Origin: Klebsiella phage SopranoGao
Sequence record: NC_054966.1
Length of the DNA: 61,644 nt
Direction: 5' to 3' (one strand)
This document shows, one piece after another, positions 52,956 through 61,600 of this stretch. Every line of letters begins with the position of its first letter. Positions within the stretch are counted from its first letter, which is position 1. The notes beneath the pieces were generated by a model. The model did not search any database. It was not told the origin of the DNA and saw only the letters and a list, made by a program, of their open reading frames with translations. The translations under genes and the position numbers were made by a program.

Positions 52956-53762
52956 ATGTCTACCGAAAACAATATTTCTACCAGCCTGGCGAATGCCATC
53001 AATGAGCACTGCCGCCAGTTTGAAGCGTCACCTGAATTCAATGAAATGGTCGCGGCACACGTGCGCAAGCTGTACGACGATGCGATCAAGGATGTTTTCC
53101 GCTGGGGGAAATTCCCCGATGCAGTGAAGGAAGCGCTGAAAGAGGCATTACCGGCCAACATCACTGCCGTGTGTGATCTTCCTCGATATAACCTCCTGCT
53201 GGCGCGCACGCTCGATGAGCAGTGGAAGGCCAACGCCGTCAGCGAGAACCTGGTAACGCAGATGCAGGAGCTGGTGAAGGGCTTCATTGAGCAGGATCAG
53301 ACGCCGAAATTCATCAAAGCGTCTGACCTGTGGGCGGCGTACATTGAAGATAACCAGGAAGAGGCGGCACACGAAGGGTGGGAAGCTCCGCAGGTAGTTA
53401 TCAATGATGATGACCGCGACGGATTTTTCTACATCGGTTTCGAAAAAGAACCAGCATCTGAAAGCTCCTATGGTTTCCTGCGAAAAGAACGGAAAGAGAA
53501 GGCGCATTCTTGCGAGGTCTATTTAGGCTTCCATCAAAAGACCATTAGAGAGGAGCGTACTGACAAGCCTGTTATGCAGGATGGACACCCTGTCTACTCG
53601 CTTTTCAGCGGTCAGCTTGAGTATGGCGACGCACTGGGGAAAAAGCCGGTTCAATTCCGCGGCAAGTTCGAAAAGCTGGTGGGGGCGCTCTACTACGGCG
53701 ATAGCCTGCTGGTCCTCGATGCGCGCGATGCAGACGATATTTATTACCCGTCGGTGGACTGA
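52956..53762 (+). CDS. 268-aa protein (unknown)
   Basis: track ORF with RBS GAGGAAAGG. Confidence 0.45.
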   Translation: MSTENNISTSLANAINEHCRQFEASPEFNEMVAAHVRKLYDDAIKDVFRWGKFPDAVKEALKEALPANITAVCDLPRYNLLLARTLDEQWKANAVSENLVTQMQELVKGFIEQDQTPKFIKASDLWAAYIEDNQEEAAHEGWEAPQVVINDDDRDGFFYIGFEKEPASESSYGFLRKERKEKAHSCEVYLGFHQKTIREERTDKPVMQDGHPVYSLFSGQLEYGDALGKKPVQFRGKFEKLVGALYYGDSLLVLDARDADDIYYPSVD

Positions 53763-54175
53763 TGAAGCGGGTAGCCTTTTACCGCCGCGCTGGGGATCAG
53801 ACCACCAGCCTGGCGGGTACGAAAGAGCGGGTAGCATGGCGCTTATCCAAAGGCCCAGCCACCGGCACCGAGCTGGCGGAAATTTTCGGTATCACCAGAG
53901 TGCAGATGAACCACATCGCCTCGAAGTGGAAACCTGATGAAGCCACCAGCTCGATCAAAGCGTCTGAGTGGTTCCAGCTGCCGGACGGCGGCAGAGACAG
54001 GACTTACAGCCTGGAGCGTAAGCCGAAGCGGGTAACACCGAGCGGCGAAACGCCTCGATACACGCGAAAGACCTTCCTCACCGCCAGTAAGGAAACCAAG
54101 CGCCTCAACACTGAGCGCGCAAAACGCCGGGCGAGGCTTATCGCTGCCGGGCTTTATATTGACGAATTTAATTGA
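53762..54175 (+). CDS. 137-aa basic protein with HTH-like segment
   Basis: TGTELAEIFGITRVQMNHIAS. Confidence 0.4.
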   Translation: MKRVAFYRRAGDQTTSLAGTKERVAWRLSKGPATGTELAEIFGITRVQMNHIASKWKPDEATSSIKASEWFQLPDGGRDRTYSLERKPKRVTPSGETPRYTRKTFLTASKETKRLNTERAKRRARLIAAGLYIDEFN

Positions 54176-54354
54176 GGTCTATTGTGGAAAAATTGCCAGA
54201 GCTGCACTGCCAGTGCGGCGCTACGCCAAAAATGAACATCACCAGCGAAGGTGGTAAGACAAAGTATTACGTCAGCTGCTCCGCTTGTGGGCGTTCCTGT
54301 CCAATCAGTAAGCAGCCAGCGCGCGCCGCTGAGCGCTGGAATGAGAAGGGCTGA
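54172..54354 (+). CDS. Lar-like restriction-alleviation Zn-ribbon protein (60 aa)
   Basis: CQCG ... CSACG ... AAERWNEKG. Confidence 0.45.
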   Translation: MRSIVEKLPELHCQCGATPKMNITSEGGKTKYYVSCSACGRSCPISKQPARAAERWNEKG

Positions 54355-54359
54355 AGAAA

Positions 54360-54491
54360 ATGAATAATCGTCAGCTCATGATCGATGCATCCCGCTTTCG
54401 CGATGCAAAAGAGCGCCGCACTTTCTGGAGTGATCTGGCTATCACCATCGTGTGCGGCTCGGTGGCCGCCGTCCTTTTTACTCTCATTTAA
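54360..54491 (+). CDS. 43-aa small membrane protein (below track cutoff)
   Basis: manual translation ...LAITIVCGSVAAVLFTLI. Confidence 0.3.
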   Translation: MNNRQLMIDASRFRDAKERRTFWSDLAITIVCGSVAAVLFTLI

Positions 54492-54501
54492 CGGGAGGGG
54501 T

Positions 54502-54747
54502 ATGCTCAAGAAACGACACCTGGGCGCACCGGCCCAGCCGAAACATCACATCGGCGCAAAGGTGAACTACCGCGACCATCGCGGCAAAGAAGTACGGGGG
54601 ACCATCGTATCAGCTACCGCTAACTGGTTCGGCTATCACGATGGGGAAGCATTCACGCTGACGTATGCGCTGACGCATCCGACATCGAGCCGCCACGAGC
54701 ACCACGGCGACGACGACATTATCGGTGAAGTCACGGAGGGGAAATGA
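54502..54747 (+). CDS. 81-aa protein (unknown)
   Basis: RBS GGGAGGGG. Confidence 0.4.
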   Translation: MLKKRHLGAPAQPKHHIGAKVNYRDHRGKEVRGTIVSATANWFGYHDGEAFTLTYALTHPTSSRHEHHGDDDIIGEVTEGK

Positions 54748-55280
54748 GCTACTGGAAATTTACCAGCGCTGAGTCCCTGGCCGCCTGGGATGAAATGGTG
54801 CGCCAGGAAGAAGAGCTGAAGAAGCAGGGATCGACGTTTGCGGCCCTGTTCGACGGTAAGCCGGTCTATCAAAAGACCATGTGCGACTGGCGTTTCTATG
54901 GCGTTCGCTTCGACGGTCATGTGTACGTTGCCGCTGACCTGTGGACGAAGCCCACCAGCAAGAACGGCTACGCGCAGCAGCCGCGCGTTAAGGTGCCTGC
55001 AGCACTGAAACGTGAATCAGAGGCGCTGTGGCAGCTGTGGAATGACCAGCGTCCGCATATCACCGCCGACCGTGAAGCATTCTATGAGTCTGTCGGTCTG
55101 GACTGGGGGAACCTGATTTTTTCCGGCTTCGCCTCGTTCCGTTATGGCGACGTGATCTACTTTGAAACTGGGGCCACGCCGAAGCCCGAAGCCGGTGGCG
55201 TGGAAATTCTCGGAAGTGAATACGCCGCAGCCCAGCGCGCGGCTAAGGCTGGTGACAATGTGCCAGGCGCTAATTCTTAA
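54744..55280 (+). CDS. 178-aa protein (unknown)
   Basis: ATGA overlap. Confidence 0.4.
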   Translation: MSYWKFTSAESLAAWDEMVRQEEELKKQGSTFAALFDGKPVYQKTMCDWRFYGVRFDGHVYVAADLWTKPTSKNGYAQQPRVKVPAALKRESEALWQLWNDQRPHITADREAFYESVGLDWGNLIFSGFASFRYGDVIYFETGATPKPEAGGVEILGSEYAAAQRAAKAGDNVPGANS

Positions 55281-55587
55281 ATATAGTGGTCAGCCGGACC
55301 CTGAGCAGATGCTGGGGGTATGCACCACTGAGGAGATTATCGAAGTCCTCAAAGACCACGTTCGCAGCGAAGTACGTGACGAGGTGCGCGCTGACTACGA
55401 AAACCAGATATCCCAGCTTGAAAATGAACTGGAGGAGGAAGGCGACTGGAAGAGTACCGCAGAAAGCTGGGAGTGTGACGCAATAGGACTTTACCGGGCA
55501 ATAGAGAAAGCAATCGAATTGCCCTGGACGGAGGCGCTGCCGATATTGCGGCAGGCGATGGAAGACCACGGCAGCGAGATCGACTAA
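55258..55587 (+). CDS. 109-aa acidic protein (unknown); start uncertain
   Basis: overlaps previous gene by 23 nt in another frame. Confidence 0.3.
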   Translation: MCQALILKYSGQPDPEQMLGVCTTEEIIEVLKDHVRSEVRDEVRADYENQISQLENELEEEGDWKSTAESWECDAIGLYRAIEKAIELPWTEALPILRQAMEDHGSEID

Positions 55588-55721
55588 CTGGAGGTGCCCA
55601 TGCGGGAAGAAGAGATACAGCGTCTCGCTCCCCTTAACCGCATAGGTTGACGGGGCCAGGCATCCGTTACCACCTGAAACACTTTTATCAACCACCGCCC
55701 CCAAGGGCTAAAGAGAAAGGC

Positions 55722-56711
55722 ATGACTACCGAAAATATTGTTCAAGACACTGAAGAAAGCCGTATCGCACAGCAAAAGCGCGAGACGCTTCACTCACTGC
55801 TTTACATCATGGCTGAGTGTGCGCCTTCGGCAGAAAAATTCATGGGCATCGACGTGAAGGCGCTGGCCCGGAAGGTGAACGAAGCCTACGACCAGTTAGG
55901 CAACAACTATACCGTTGAAGCGTATCCAGCAGCCAATCCGCTTGCCGGTCTGGTGGTTCCCGGCAATAACGTCCTGGCTATGCATGCTGGCTCTACCGGC
56001 GAAAGAACCGTGTGCGCAGAAGAGGTAAAACTGGGTTCATCGTTCAAAGCCAGCAAAAAAGAGCACGCCAAATTCCATTCGCATCTGAGCAGCATTTCCT
56101 TTGGCGAGATCCAGGATATTGACGGCCAGCTGAGAATGGGGGCACGGATTTACTGGGATGATGGTTCTAAGACCGAAAAATCTGTGTGGTGCGGAAGCCT
56201 CGGCACGCCGAAAGACGAAGCTGAGCGCATCGCTCGAAATCGTATTTGGCTGTATGCCTCCACAAAAGACGAACGCGATTTGGAAGAGTGCGCGAGTGCC
56301 GAAGAAACGAAAAAAGGCACCCCTACCGTTCTGATCGCACTGCCTGCAGGTGCAGGTATGTCACTCACCCCGGAACAGGCCAGCTTCAATCTTCCGGAGG
56401 GGATCTCCACCGGCCAAATCTCGGACGGCTATCACACGTTCGATGAGCTGTACGCGCACCGCGTTCGCCTGTTCTCTGCCCTAATGCGCGCTCACCCGGA
56501 TAAATCATGGTGGAGCTTCAAACACCATGACGGCAGCGTGTGGGATGGCTGGATTATCGCTGGCATCGATACACCTGCAGGCCCGGCGACATATCACCTA
56601 CCGGTGTCAGAGATCGAATTCTTCAACGAAGGTGTTCGCCAGCTGCGCAGGGGTAAGGAGTGGGACGGTCACACCTCCGATGACGTGCTGGAGCGCCTGA
56701 AGTCTCTCTAA
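55722..56711 (+). CDS. 329-aa protein (unknown) with Trp-rich C-terminal domain
   Basis: RBS AAAGAGAAAGG; preceded by 134-bp non-coding gap. Confidence 0.45.
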   Translation: MTTENIVQDTEESRIAQQKRETLHSLLYIMAECAPSAEKFMGIDVKALARKVNEAYDQLGNNYTVEAYPAANPLAGLVVPGNNVLAMHAGSTGERTVCAEEVKLGSSFKASKKEHAKFHSHLSSISFGEIQDIDGQLRMGARIYWDDGSKTEKSVWCGSLGTPKDEAERIARNRIWLYASTKDERDLEECASAEETKKGTPTVLIALPAGAGMSLTPEQASFNLPEGISTGQISDGYHTFDELYAHRVRLFSALMRAHPDKSWWSFKHHDGSVWDGWIIAGIDTPAGPATYHLPVSEIEFFNEGVRQLRRGKEWDGHTSDDVLERLKSL

Positions 56712-56751
56712 TGCCGGATACCGGCCAATAACAACCCACAAAGGGGGAAGC

Positions 56752-57273
56752 ATGCAAAAGATTCAACCGATGGAGCCGCAGCGCAATAGCGAAGGCTACT
56801 GGTGCCACCCGGATATGCCGGACATTGAAACCAGCGAGCAGTTTGATAGCTGGATTTCTTCGCAGGGGCTTCAATACGCCCTCCACTGTCTCGATGGTGA
56901 CGACGGGATCGGTGCTGAAGATGCGCAGGCCCGCTACGAGGAAGGCGACACCGACATTCTGGCTTGGCAACCTTCACAGCCTGAAGGTGAAGGCTGGTTT
57001 ATCGCCTCGATCCACGACACTGAAGATGGCCCGGTTTGCCTGTGGATCCGTCACCCGACCGAAGAGCAGCTGCGCGAAGCGGAAGAGCGGAAGAAATTGC
57101 AGGCGCTGAAGGAGGATTTCCTGGCGAAGCACCGCGCCTGCGTGGCGGCCGCCTATGCGTATTTCTCGGCCTGCACGGAAGGTGAGGACCGCATTTTTGC
57201 CAGCGAGGTGTATCAGCGCATTCGCCTGGCGACGGCGAAGCGTAACCCGGTGGAAACTCAGATCGTCAAGTAG
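56752..57273 (+). CDS. 173-aa acidic protein (unknown)
   Basis: track ORF. Confidence 0.4.
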   Translation: MQKIQPMEPQRNSEGYWCHPDMPDIETSEQFDSWISSQGLQYALHCLDGDDGIGAEDAQARYEEGDTDILAWQPSQPEGEGWFIASIHDTEDGPVCLWIRHPTEEQLREAEERKKLQALKEDFLAKHRACVAAAYAYFSACTEGEDRIFASEVYQRIRLATAKRNPVETQIVK

Positions 57274-57329
57274 GATGGTGGGGAAGTTCACGCTTCCCCC
57301 TTTTCAGACTGTTTCGCCCTTGTTAATAG

Positions 57330-57346
57330 CGTTGCTGAAACAGCAA
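57330..57346. promoter_or_regulatory. palindrome GTTGC-TGAAACA-GCAAC upstream of xis-like gene
   Basis: perfect arms N7. Confidence 0.5.
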
Positions 57347-57361
57347 CAGGAGCGAATCAGG

Positions 57362-57568
57362 ATGAGCAAGAAAAGGTATCTCACGCAGGACGAAGTAGCA
57401 GACCGGTACCGGGGGCTTATTTCAGTCAGAACGCTTTGCAATTGGAGATCGCTTCGCATTGGACCCCCTTATTGCAAAATCGGAAAGACGGTCCTCTACG
57501 ACGAAGCAGAGCTGGACGCGTGGGATCAACGTAATACCGTTAAATGCGCACCATCGGTGCGGGAGTAA
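57362..57568 (+). CDS. AlpA/excisionase-family HTH protein (68 aa)
   Basis: LTQDEVADRYRGLISVRTLCNWRS ... EAELDAWD. Confidence 0.5.
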   Translation: MSKKRYLTQDEVADRYRGLISVRTLCNWRSLRIGPPYCKIGKTVLYDEAELDAWDQRNTVKCAPSVRE

Positions 57569-57570
57569 GA

Positions 57571-57807
57571 ATGAAAACAGCCTCCACCAGAGAGCGCATC
57601 GCCTACTGGCTCCTGCTCCTGAAGCCAGGCCAGTGCATGGAGTTCTCCCCGGATGACTACGGGATCAGCCCGAAAACGCTTCTGGCCTATCTGGAAGCGA
57701 TAAGCGACGCCTCTATCGACCGCCGGTACAAGATGTGCAGCGCCGGGTTCCGCAAAATCGGCGTGCGGCGGCTGCGGGACTGGCCGTTCAGCGGCAAGGT
57801 GGCGTGA
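57571..57807 (+). CDS. 78-aa protein (unknown)
   Basis: RBS GGGAG. Confidence 0.35.
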   Translation: MKTASTRERIAYWLLLLKPGQCMEFSPDDYGISPKTLLAYLEAISDASIDRRYKMCSAGFRKIGVRRLRDWPFSGKVA

Positions 57808-57880
57808 TGGATGAGCTGGACAACAGCCTTCCGTATTTTTGTGACAACCGCTGCCCCGGATGCCGGGGTGAGGAAAAATA

Positions 57881-58138
57881 ATGAGCAATGAAGCAAGGCT
57901 ACAACTGGGGTTCTCCCCCCTTTCTAAAACTATCATGCTGGCAAAAATGAAGGATATCGAAGGCGGCCGCCTGCGCGTCGGTAACGATCCTGGTCGTGAT
58001 GTGACGAATGAAGCGGCACAGCTTGTCTGGCAGCTCGTTATGGCTGAAGGCGGTCAAATCGGCTGGCAGCTCGATGACGGTAGCAAAATGGTGCTCAAAG
58101 CTGAAAAGGTCGCGCCAGGCGACAAGGCGGCAGAATGA
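57881..58138 (+). CDS. 85-aa protein (unknown)
   Basis: RBS GAGGAAAAATAATG. Confidence 0.4.
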   Translation: MSNEARLQLGFSPLSKTIMLAKMKDIEGGRLRVGNDPGRDVTNEAAQLVWQLVMAEGGQIGWQLDDGSKMVLKAEKVAPGDKAAE

Positions 58139-58326
58139 GCAAACTTAAAATGTGCATGGTGGCAGTGCTGGGCCTGGTTGGTTCAGCGATTCAGTGCCGA
58201 CCATCGATAGATACCGTGTCACTCCAGGAGCCTACCGGCGGCTATCCGGTCACTGATCGCCATACCGGAAAGGCCAAAGAACGCCGTGAAGCAAAGCGCC
58301 GTCGCCGCGCTAAGGGGAGAAAGTGA
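58135..58326 (+). CDS. 63-aa protein with N-terminal signal sequence and Arg/Lys-rich tail
   Basis: MCMVAVLGLVGSAIQC. Confidence 0.35.
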   Translation: MSKLKMCMVAVLGLVGSAIQCRPSIDTVSLQEPTGGYPVTDRHTGKAKERREAKRRRRAKGRK

Positions 58327-58733
58327 GCAAAGACATTCTGGATATGAAGCGCCTCCCTATCGACAGGGTAGCGGCGCGGGTTGTTGGAAAAGGGGTCCAC
58401 TGGACGCCCAACAAGAAAGTTCAGACCGCCGACAGTGAAACTCCGCTACCCATCGTTGATGAGCGGACGCTAAACCCGCAAGCGAGAAGAATTTCGCAAC
58501 AGGTCATCGGGAAACGATGCGGCCGCCTTACCACCCTGGGGCTATCGGCTGAAAAGAGAGGCCGCTGGGTAGTCCGGTGTCAGTGTGGGATGTTCACGCT
58601 TCGCACATTCAAAGCGCTGACGAACCCTAAAAATAATACGGACTGCTGCGAGCAGTGCCGCCATCTTCTGCACCTGAAACGTTCGGAGATTCACCGCCGG
58701 ACAGGAAAAGATGTCAACTGGGAGGATTTATAA
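58323..58733 (+). CDS. 136-aa Cys-rich (Zn-binding) protein
   Basis: CQCG...CCEQC. Confidence 0.4.
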   Translation: MSKDILDMKRLPIDRVAARVVGKGVHWTPNKKVQTADSETPLPIVDERTLNPQARRISQQVIGKRCGRLTTLGLSAEKRGRWVVRCQCGMFTLRTFKALTNPKNNTDCCEQCRHLLHLKRSEIHRRTGKDVNWEDL

Positions 58734-58978
58734 TGAGTAAACGAGATATCAAAGAGAAGCGCTGGGGTCGCAAATCAGCGAAACGTCAGATGGCAGTCGA
58801 GCCGGTAATTGTTGACGGGTTTCCGAGAGGTCCGCAGCTGCGTTTTCTGACGCAGTACCGGAAGTTTGGCGACGGAAGGGAGCAGCTGCGCGACGGCGTT
58901 CCTGATTTTCGCGGTGGCTCAGCGGTGATGTGGGGGGATTGGTTCGATGTGCGAGGTGGTGAGCGTGTCCAGGGTTAA
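58733..58978 (+). CDS. 81-aa protein, paralogue of 59250-59435 (both start MSKRDIKxKRW)
   Basis: shared N-terminus and GDGR.Q.RD motif. Confidence 0.4.
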   Translation: MSKRDIKEKRWGRKSAKRQMAVEPVIVDGFPRGPQLRFLTQYRKFGDGREQLRDGVPDFRGGSAVMWGDWFDVRGGERVQG

Positions 58979-59249
58979 CGGGCGCAGGCCGCCCACGTTA
59001 TCCCCTCTCCCGCAGCCGGTAGAGCCAAAGAAGATCGGCTGCGGAAAAAGCCTCGGTGGTTACATGGATCAGAGCGTGCCTGACAGATGCGGTGCGGTGG
59101 GCCTGGATGGACTACATCTGTGCAGCGAGTGCTATCAAACCGTACAGGATATTGCAGGTGGTGCGCATGGTCACAGGTAGCGATCTGCTGGACCTGATTA
59201 TTTCCGGCCTGCTGCTGGTTATCTTCATAGCTGTGGTGAGGGAAATTTG

Positions 59250-59435
59250 ATGAGCAAACGAGATATCAAAGCGAAGCGCTGGGCGCGGCGTCAGCCACCA
59301 GAACCCTATGATGGCGTGACAATCTGGTTTCACGAACAGATCCGCATCATGGGTGACGGCCGGAGGCAATTCCGCGACCGACTGGCTGGCATCAGGGTGG
59401 AGCGCCAGCCGTGGTCCGAGTGGCGCGACTGTTAA
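59250..59435 (+). CDS. 61-aa protein, paralogue of 58733-58978
   Basis: MSKRDIKAKRWARR. Confidence 0.4.
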   Translation: MSKRDIKAKRWARRQPPEPYDGVTIWFHEQIRIMGDGRRQFRDRLAGIRVERQPWSEWRDC

Positions 59436-59439
59436 CGCT

Positions 59440-59774
59440 GGTGATGGTCTGGTGTCGAGCGTGAATATGCGAGAGGTCAAAACGAAACCAGCACCAGACC
59501 GCTACACCAGTTAAGCAGCGGAAGCGGCTAAAGGGTTTGAAAACACAGCGGAATTTCAAACTGGTAAGCGTGGTCCACAATCACCCTACTGCCAGTTTTT
59601 AGTTCACGCTGGTTCACGTTCAAACCCTTTGATTACCGGACTTTTTTTAAGATATTGACTGGTAGCGGCTCCCGATCAATAAACGGAGTGCGTCGGGCAA
59701 ACCGACACCAACTACAGCACCAGCTACCACCTACAAACAGCACCACCAAACCGCCTTCGGGCTAAGAGGAAAGG
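59440..59774 (+). other. 335-bp structured non-coding region: hairpin GGTCTGGTG/CACCAGACC, 12-bp inverted repeat AAGGGTTTGAA/TTCAAACCCTT ~85 bp apart, T-run, then promoter-like TTGACT-N17-AATAAA
   Basis: no ORF; inverted repeats read directly. Confidence 0.4.
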
Positions 59775-59978
59775 ATGGAAAAGTTACTCCATATCGTGAT
59801 GATTTTGGGCTTCATTTATGCCGCCTGGTCGGCCTTTGGATGGATCATGGGTTGCTGGCACTACACCAAAGCAACCACCTGCCTGGAGCAGGAGGCGCTA
59901 ACGCACTACGGTACGATCTATCTGCGCCGGGCCATTCTGAGCCTCGTTATCTCGCTGACAATCTATTTCGTGGCCTGA
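59775..59978 (+). CDS. 67-aa two-TM small membrane protein
   Basis: RBS AAGAGGAAAGG; hydrophobic helices. Confidence 0.45.
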   Translation: MEKLLHIVMILGFIYAAWSAFGWIMGCWHYTKATTCLEQEALTHYGTIYLRRAILSLVISLTIYFVA

Positions 59979-60004
59979 CGCCCGGCAGGGCTAATGAGGA
60001 AGGT

Positions 60005-60319
60005 ATGAGCAAAATTTCCCTGCCCAAGCTGCGCGAGATCTCGCAATCAGCGAAGGAAGTGATTGACGCCCAGGCGGGCAAAAACGAGTACGTCAGCCAG
60101 AACGACAGCGGCAAGATGGTACAGCTTTACGACCATCTGAACGACGTCGCCGCGCCGCCTGCGGTGGTCAAGGCTATGGCCGACGAACTTATCAACCTGC
60201 GAGAAATAAACCTGCGCCTACGTCAGCAGCAGATTGCTGATCGTCGTCGCTTTTGTAACCCCGCACCTGAGAGCCTTCTTCGTCTCATCAGGATCGATTC
60301 AGAAGACAAACAGCAGTAG
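60005..60319 (+). CDS. 104-aa protein (unknown) immediately upstream of int
   Basis: RBS GAGGAAGG. Confidence 0.4.
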   Translation: MSKISLPKLREISQSAKEVIDAQAGKNEYVSQNDSGKMVQLYDHLNDVAAPPAVVKAMADELINLREINLRLRQQQIADRRRFCNPAPESLLRLIRIDSEDKQQ

Positions 60320-60334
60320 ACAGGAGACGACCCG

Positions 60335-61600
60335 ATGCCGAGCCTTACAGACGGACAAATCAAGAACGCGCTGAAGCGCGTCGCCAAAGCGCAGAAACCT
60401 GAAACGCTGGTGGACGGCGAAGGGCGCGGCACCGGGCGTCTCATTCTGGTTATCAAACCCCAGCCGACCCGCGTAACGTCGGTGTTCTATGCTCAGCAGT
60501 GGCGCGACGGGAAGCGCAAGCTGAAGAAGCTGGGCGAGTACCCGCACATGAGCCTGGCAGACGCCCGCGAGGTGTTCACCCGCGACTTTTCCGCCACCAT
60601 CAATAAGGGGGCATCGATCAAGGTCCAGGGCGACACCCGGCCCGGCACCGTGGGCGACCTGTTCGAAGGTTACGCGGACTGGCTGCGGGACAGCGGAAAA
60701 ATGAGCCACAAGGAGGCCCGGAAAGGCCTGAACAAGATTGCCGATGAGCTGGGCCGGAACCGGCTGGCGCGCGACATCGAGCCGGTTGACGTGCTGAACG
60801 TCCTGCGCCCCATCTATGAGCGCGGGAAGAAGGCTATGGCCGACCATGTGCGCAGCTACGTCAGAAGCGCCTACAGCTGGGGTATGAAGAGTGAAAACGA
60901 CTATCGATCCACCAGCCCCCGGCGGTTCAATCTGGTGAGCAACCCAGCGGCGGGTATCCCCACCGAACCGAAGAAGCCGGGCGAGCGCTGGCTGCGTGAA
61001 GATGAGTGGGTGAAGATGTGGCGCTGGCTGCAGAATCCCGACTCTCTCACCCATGAATCCTATCCGCTGGCGATCATGCTGCTAATGCTCACCGGTCAGC
61101 GCGTACAGGAGATTTGTACCCTGCATAAAGACCAGTACGACGCCGAAGAGGGCATTATCGACTGGCACAAAACCAAGAACGGCCGCCCCCACGCCATCCC
61201 GCTGCCGTCGCTGGCGAAGGAGCTACTGGACAGCATCACGCCGAATGAGCATGGCTGGTATTTTCCCGGACAAAAGGATCCGTCAACGTCTGTGCAGCAC
61301 CAGACACTCTATAGCTTCCTGTGGCGTCAGCGCGACCGTGGCGTTATTCCGCACGTCACCAACAGAGATCTAAGACGCACATTCAAGACCCTGGCGGGGA
61401 AAGCCGGTCTGACGCAGGAAATCCGCGACCGGCTGCAGAACCACGCCCGCTTTGACGTCAGCTCACGCCATTATGACCGGTATAGCTATATGGATGAGAA
61501 GCGCGAGGCGATGGATATTTGGGATAAGTTCGTGCGGGACATGATCCGGGATAAGACACCGCCCAGGCTGACGGTCATCGCCGGTACTGAAGCGGCCTAA
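60335..61600 (+). CDS. int: tyrosine site-specific integrase (P4-type phage integrase family)
   Basis: N-terminal SAM-like arm-binding region (TDGQIKNALKRV...GRLILVIKPQ), C-terminal catalytic region with R...HxxR...Y (RRTFKTL, HARF, Y near end). Confidence 0.8.
   Translation: MPSLTDGQIKNALKRVAKAQKPETLVDGEGRGTGRLILVIKPQPTRVTSVFYAQQWRDGKRKLKKLGEYPHMSLADAREVFTRDFSATINKGASIKVQGDTRPGTVGDLFEGYADWLRDSGKMSHKEARKGLNKIADELGRNRLARDIEPVDVLNVLRPIYERGKKAMADHVRSYVRSAYSWGMKSENDYRSTSPRRFNLVSNPAAGIPTEPKKPGERWLREDEWVKMWRWLQNPDSLTHESYPLAIMLLMLTGQRVQEICTLHKDQYDAEEGIIDWHKTKNGRPHAIPLPSLAKELLDSITPNEHGWYFPGQKDPSTSVQHQTLYSFLWRQRDRGVIPHVTNRDLRRTFKTLAGKAGLTQEIRDRLQNHARFDVSSRHYDRYSYMDEKREAMDIWDKFVRDMIRDKTPPRLTVIAGTEAA

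Noticed and set aside
34557-57346. Interpreting the GTTGC-N7-GCAAC palindromes as host LexA, CRP or FNR boxes
   Set aside because: The half-sites do not match CTGT-N8-ACAG, TGTGA-N6-TCACA or TTGAT-N4-ATCAA. Identical half-sites inside the cI/cro intergenic region favour a phage-encoded repressor.
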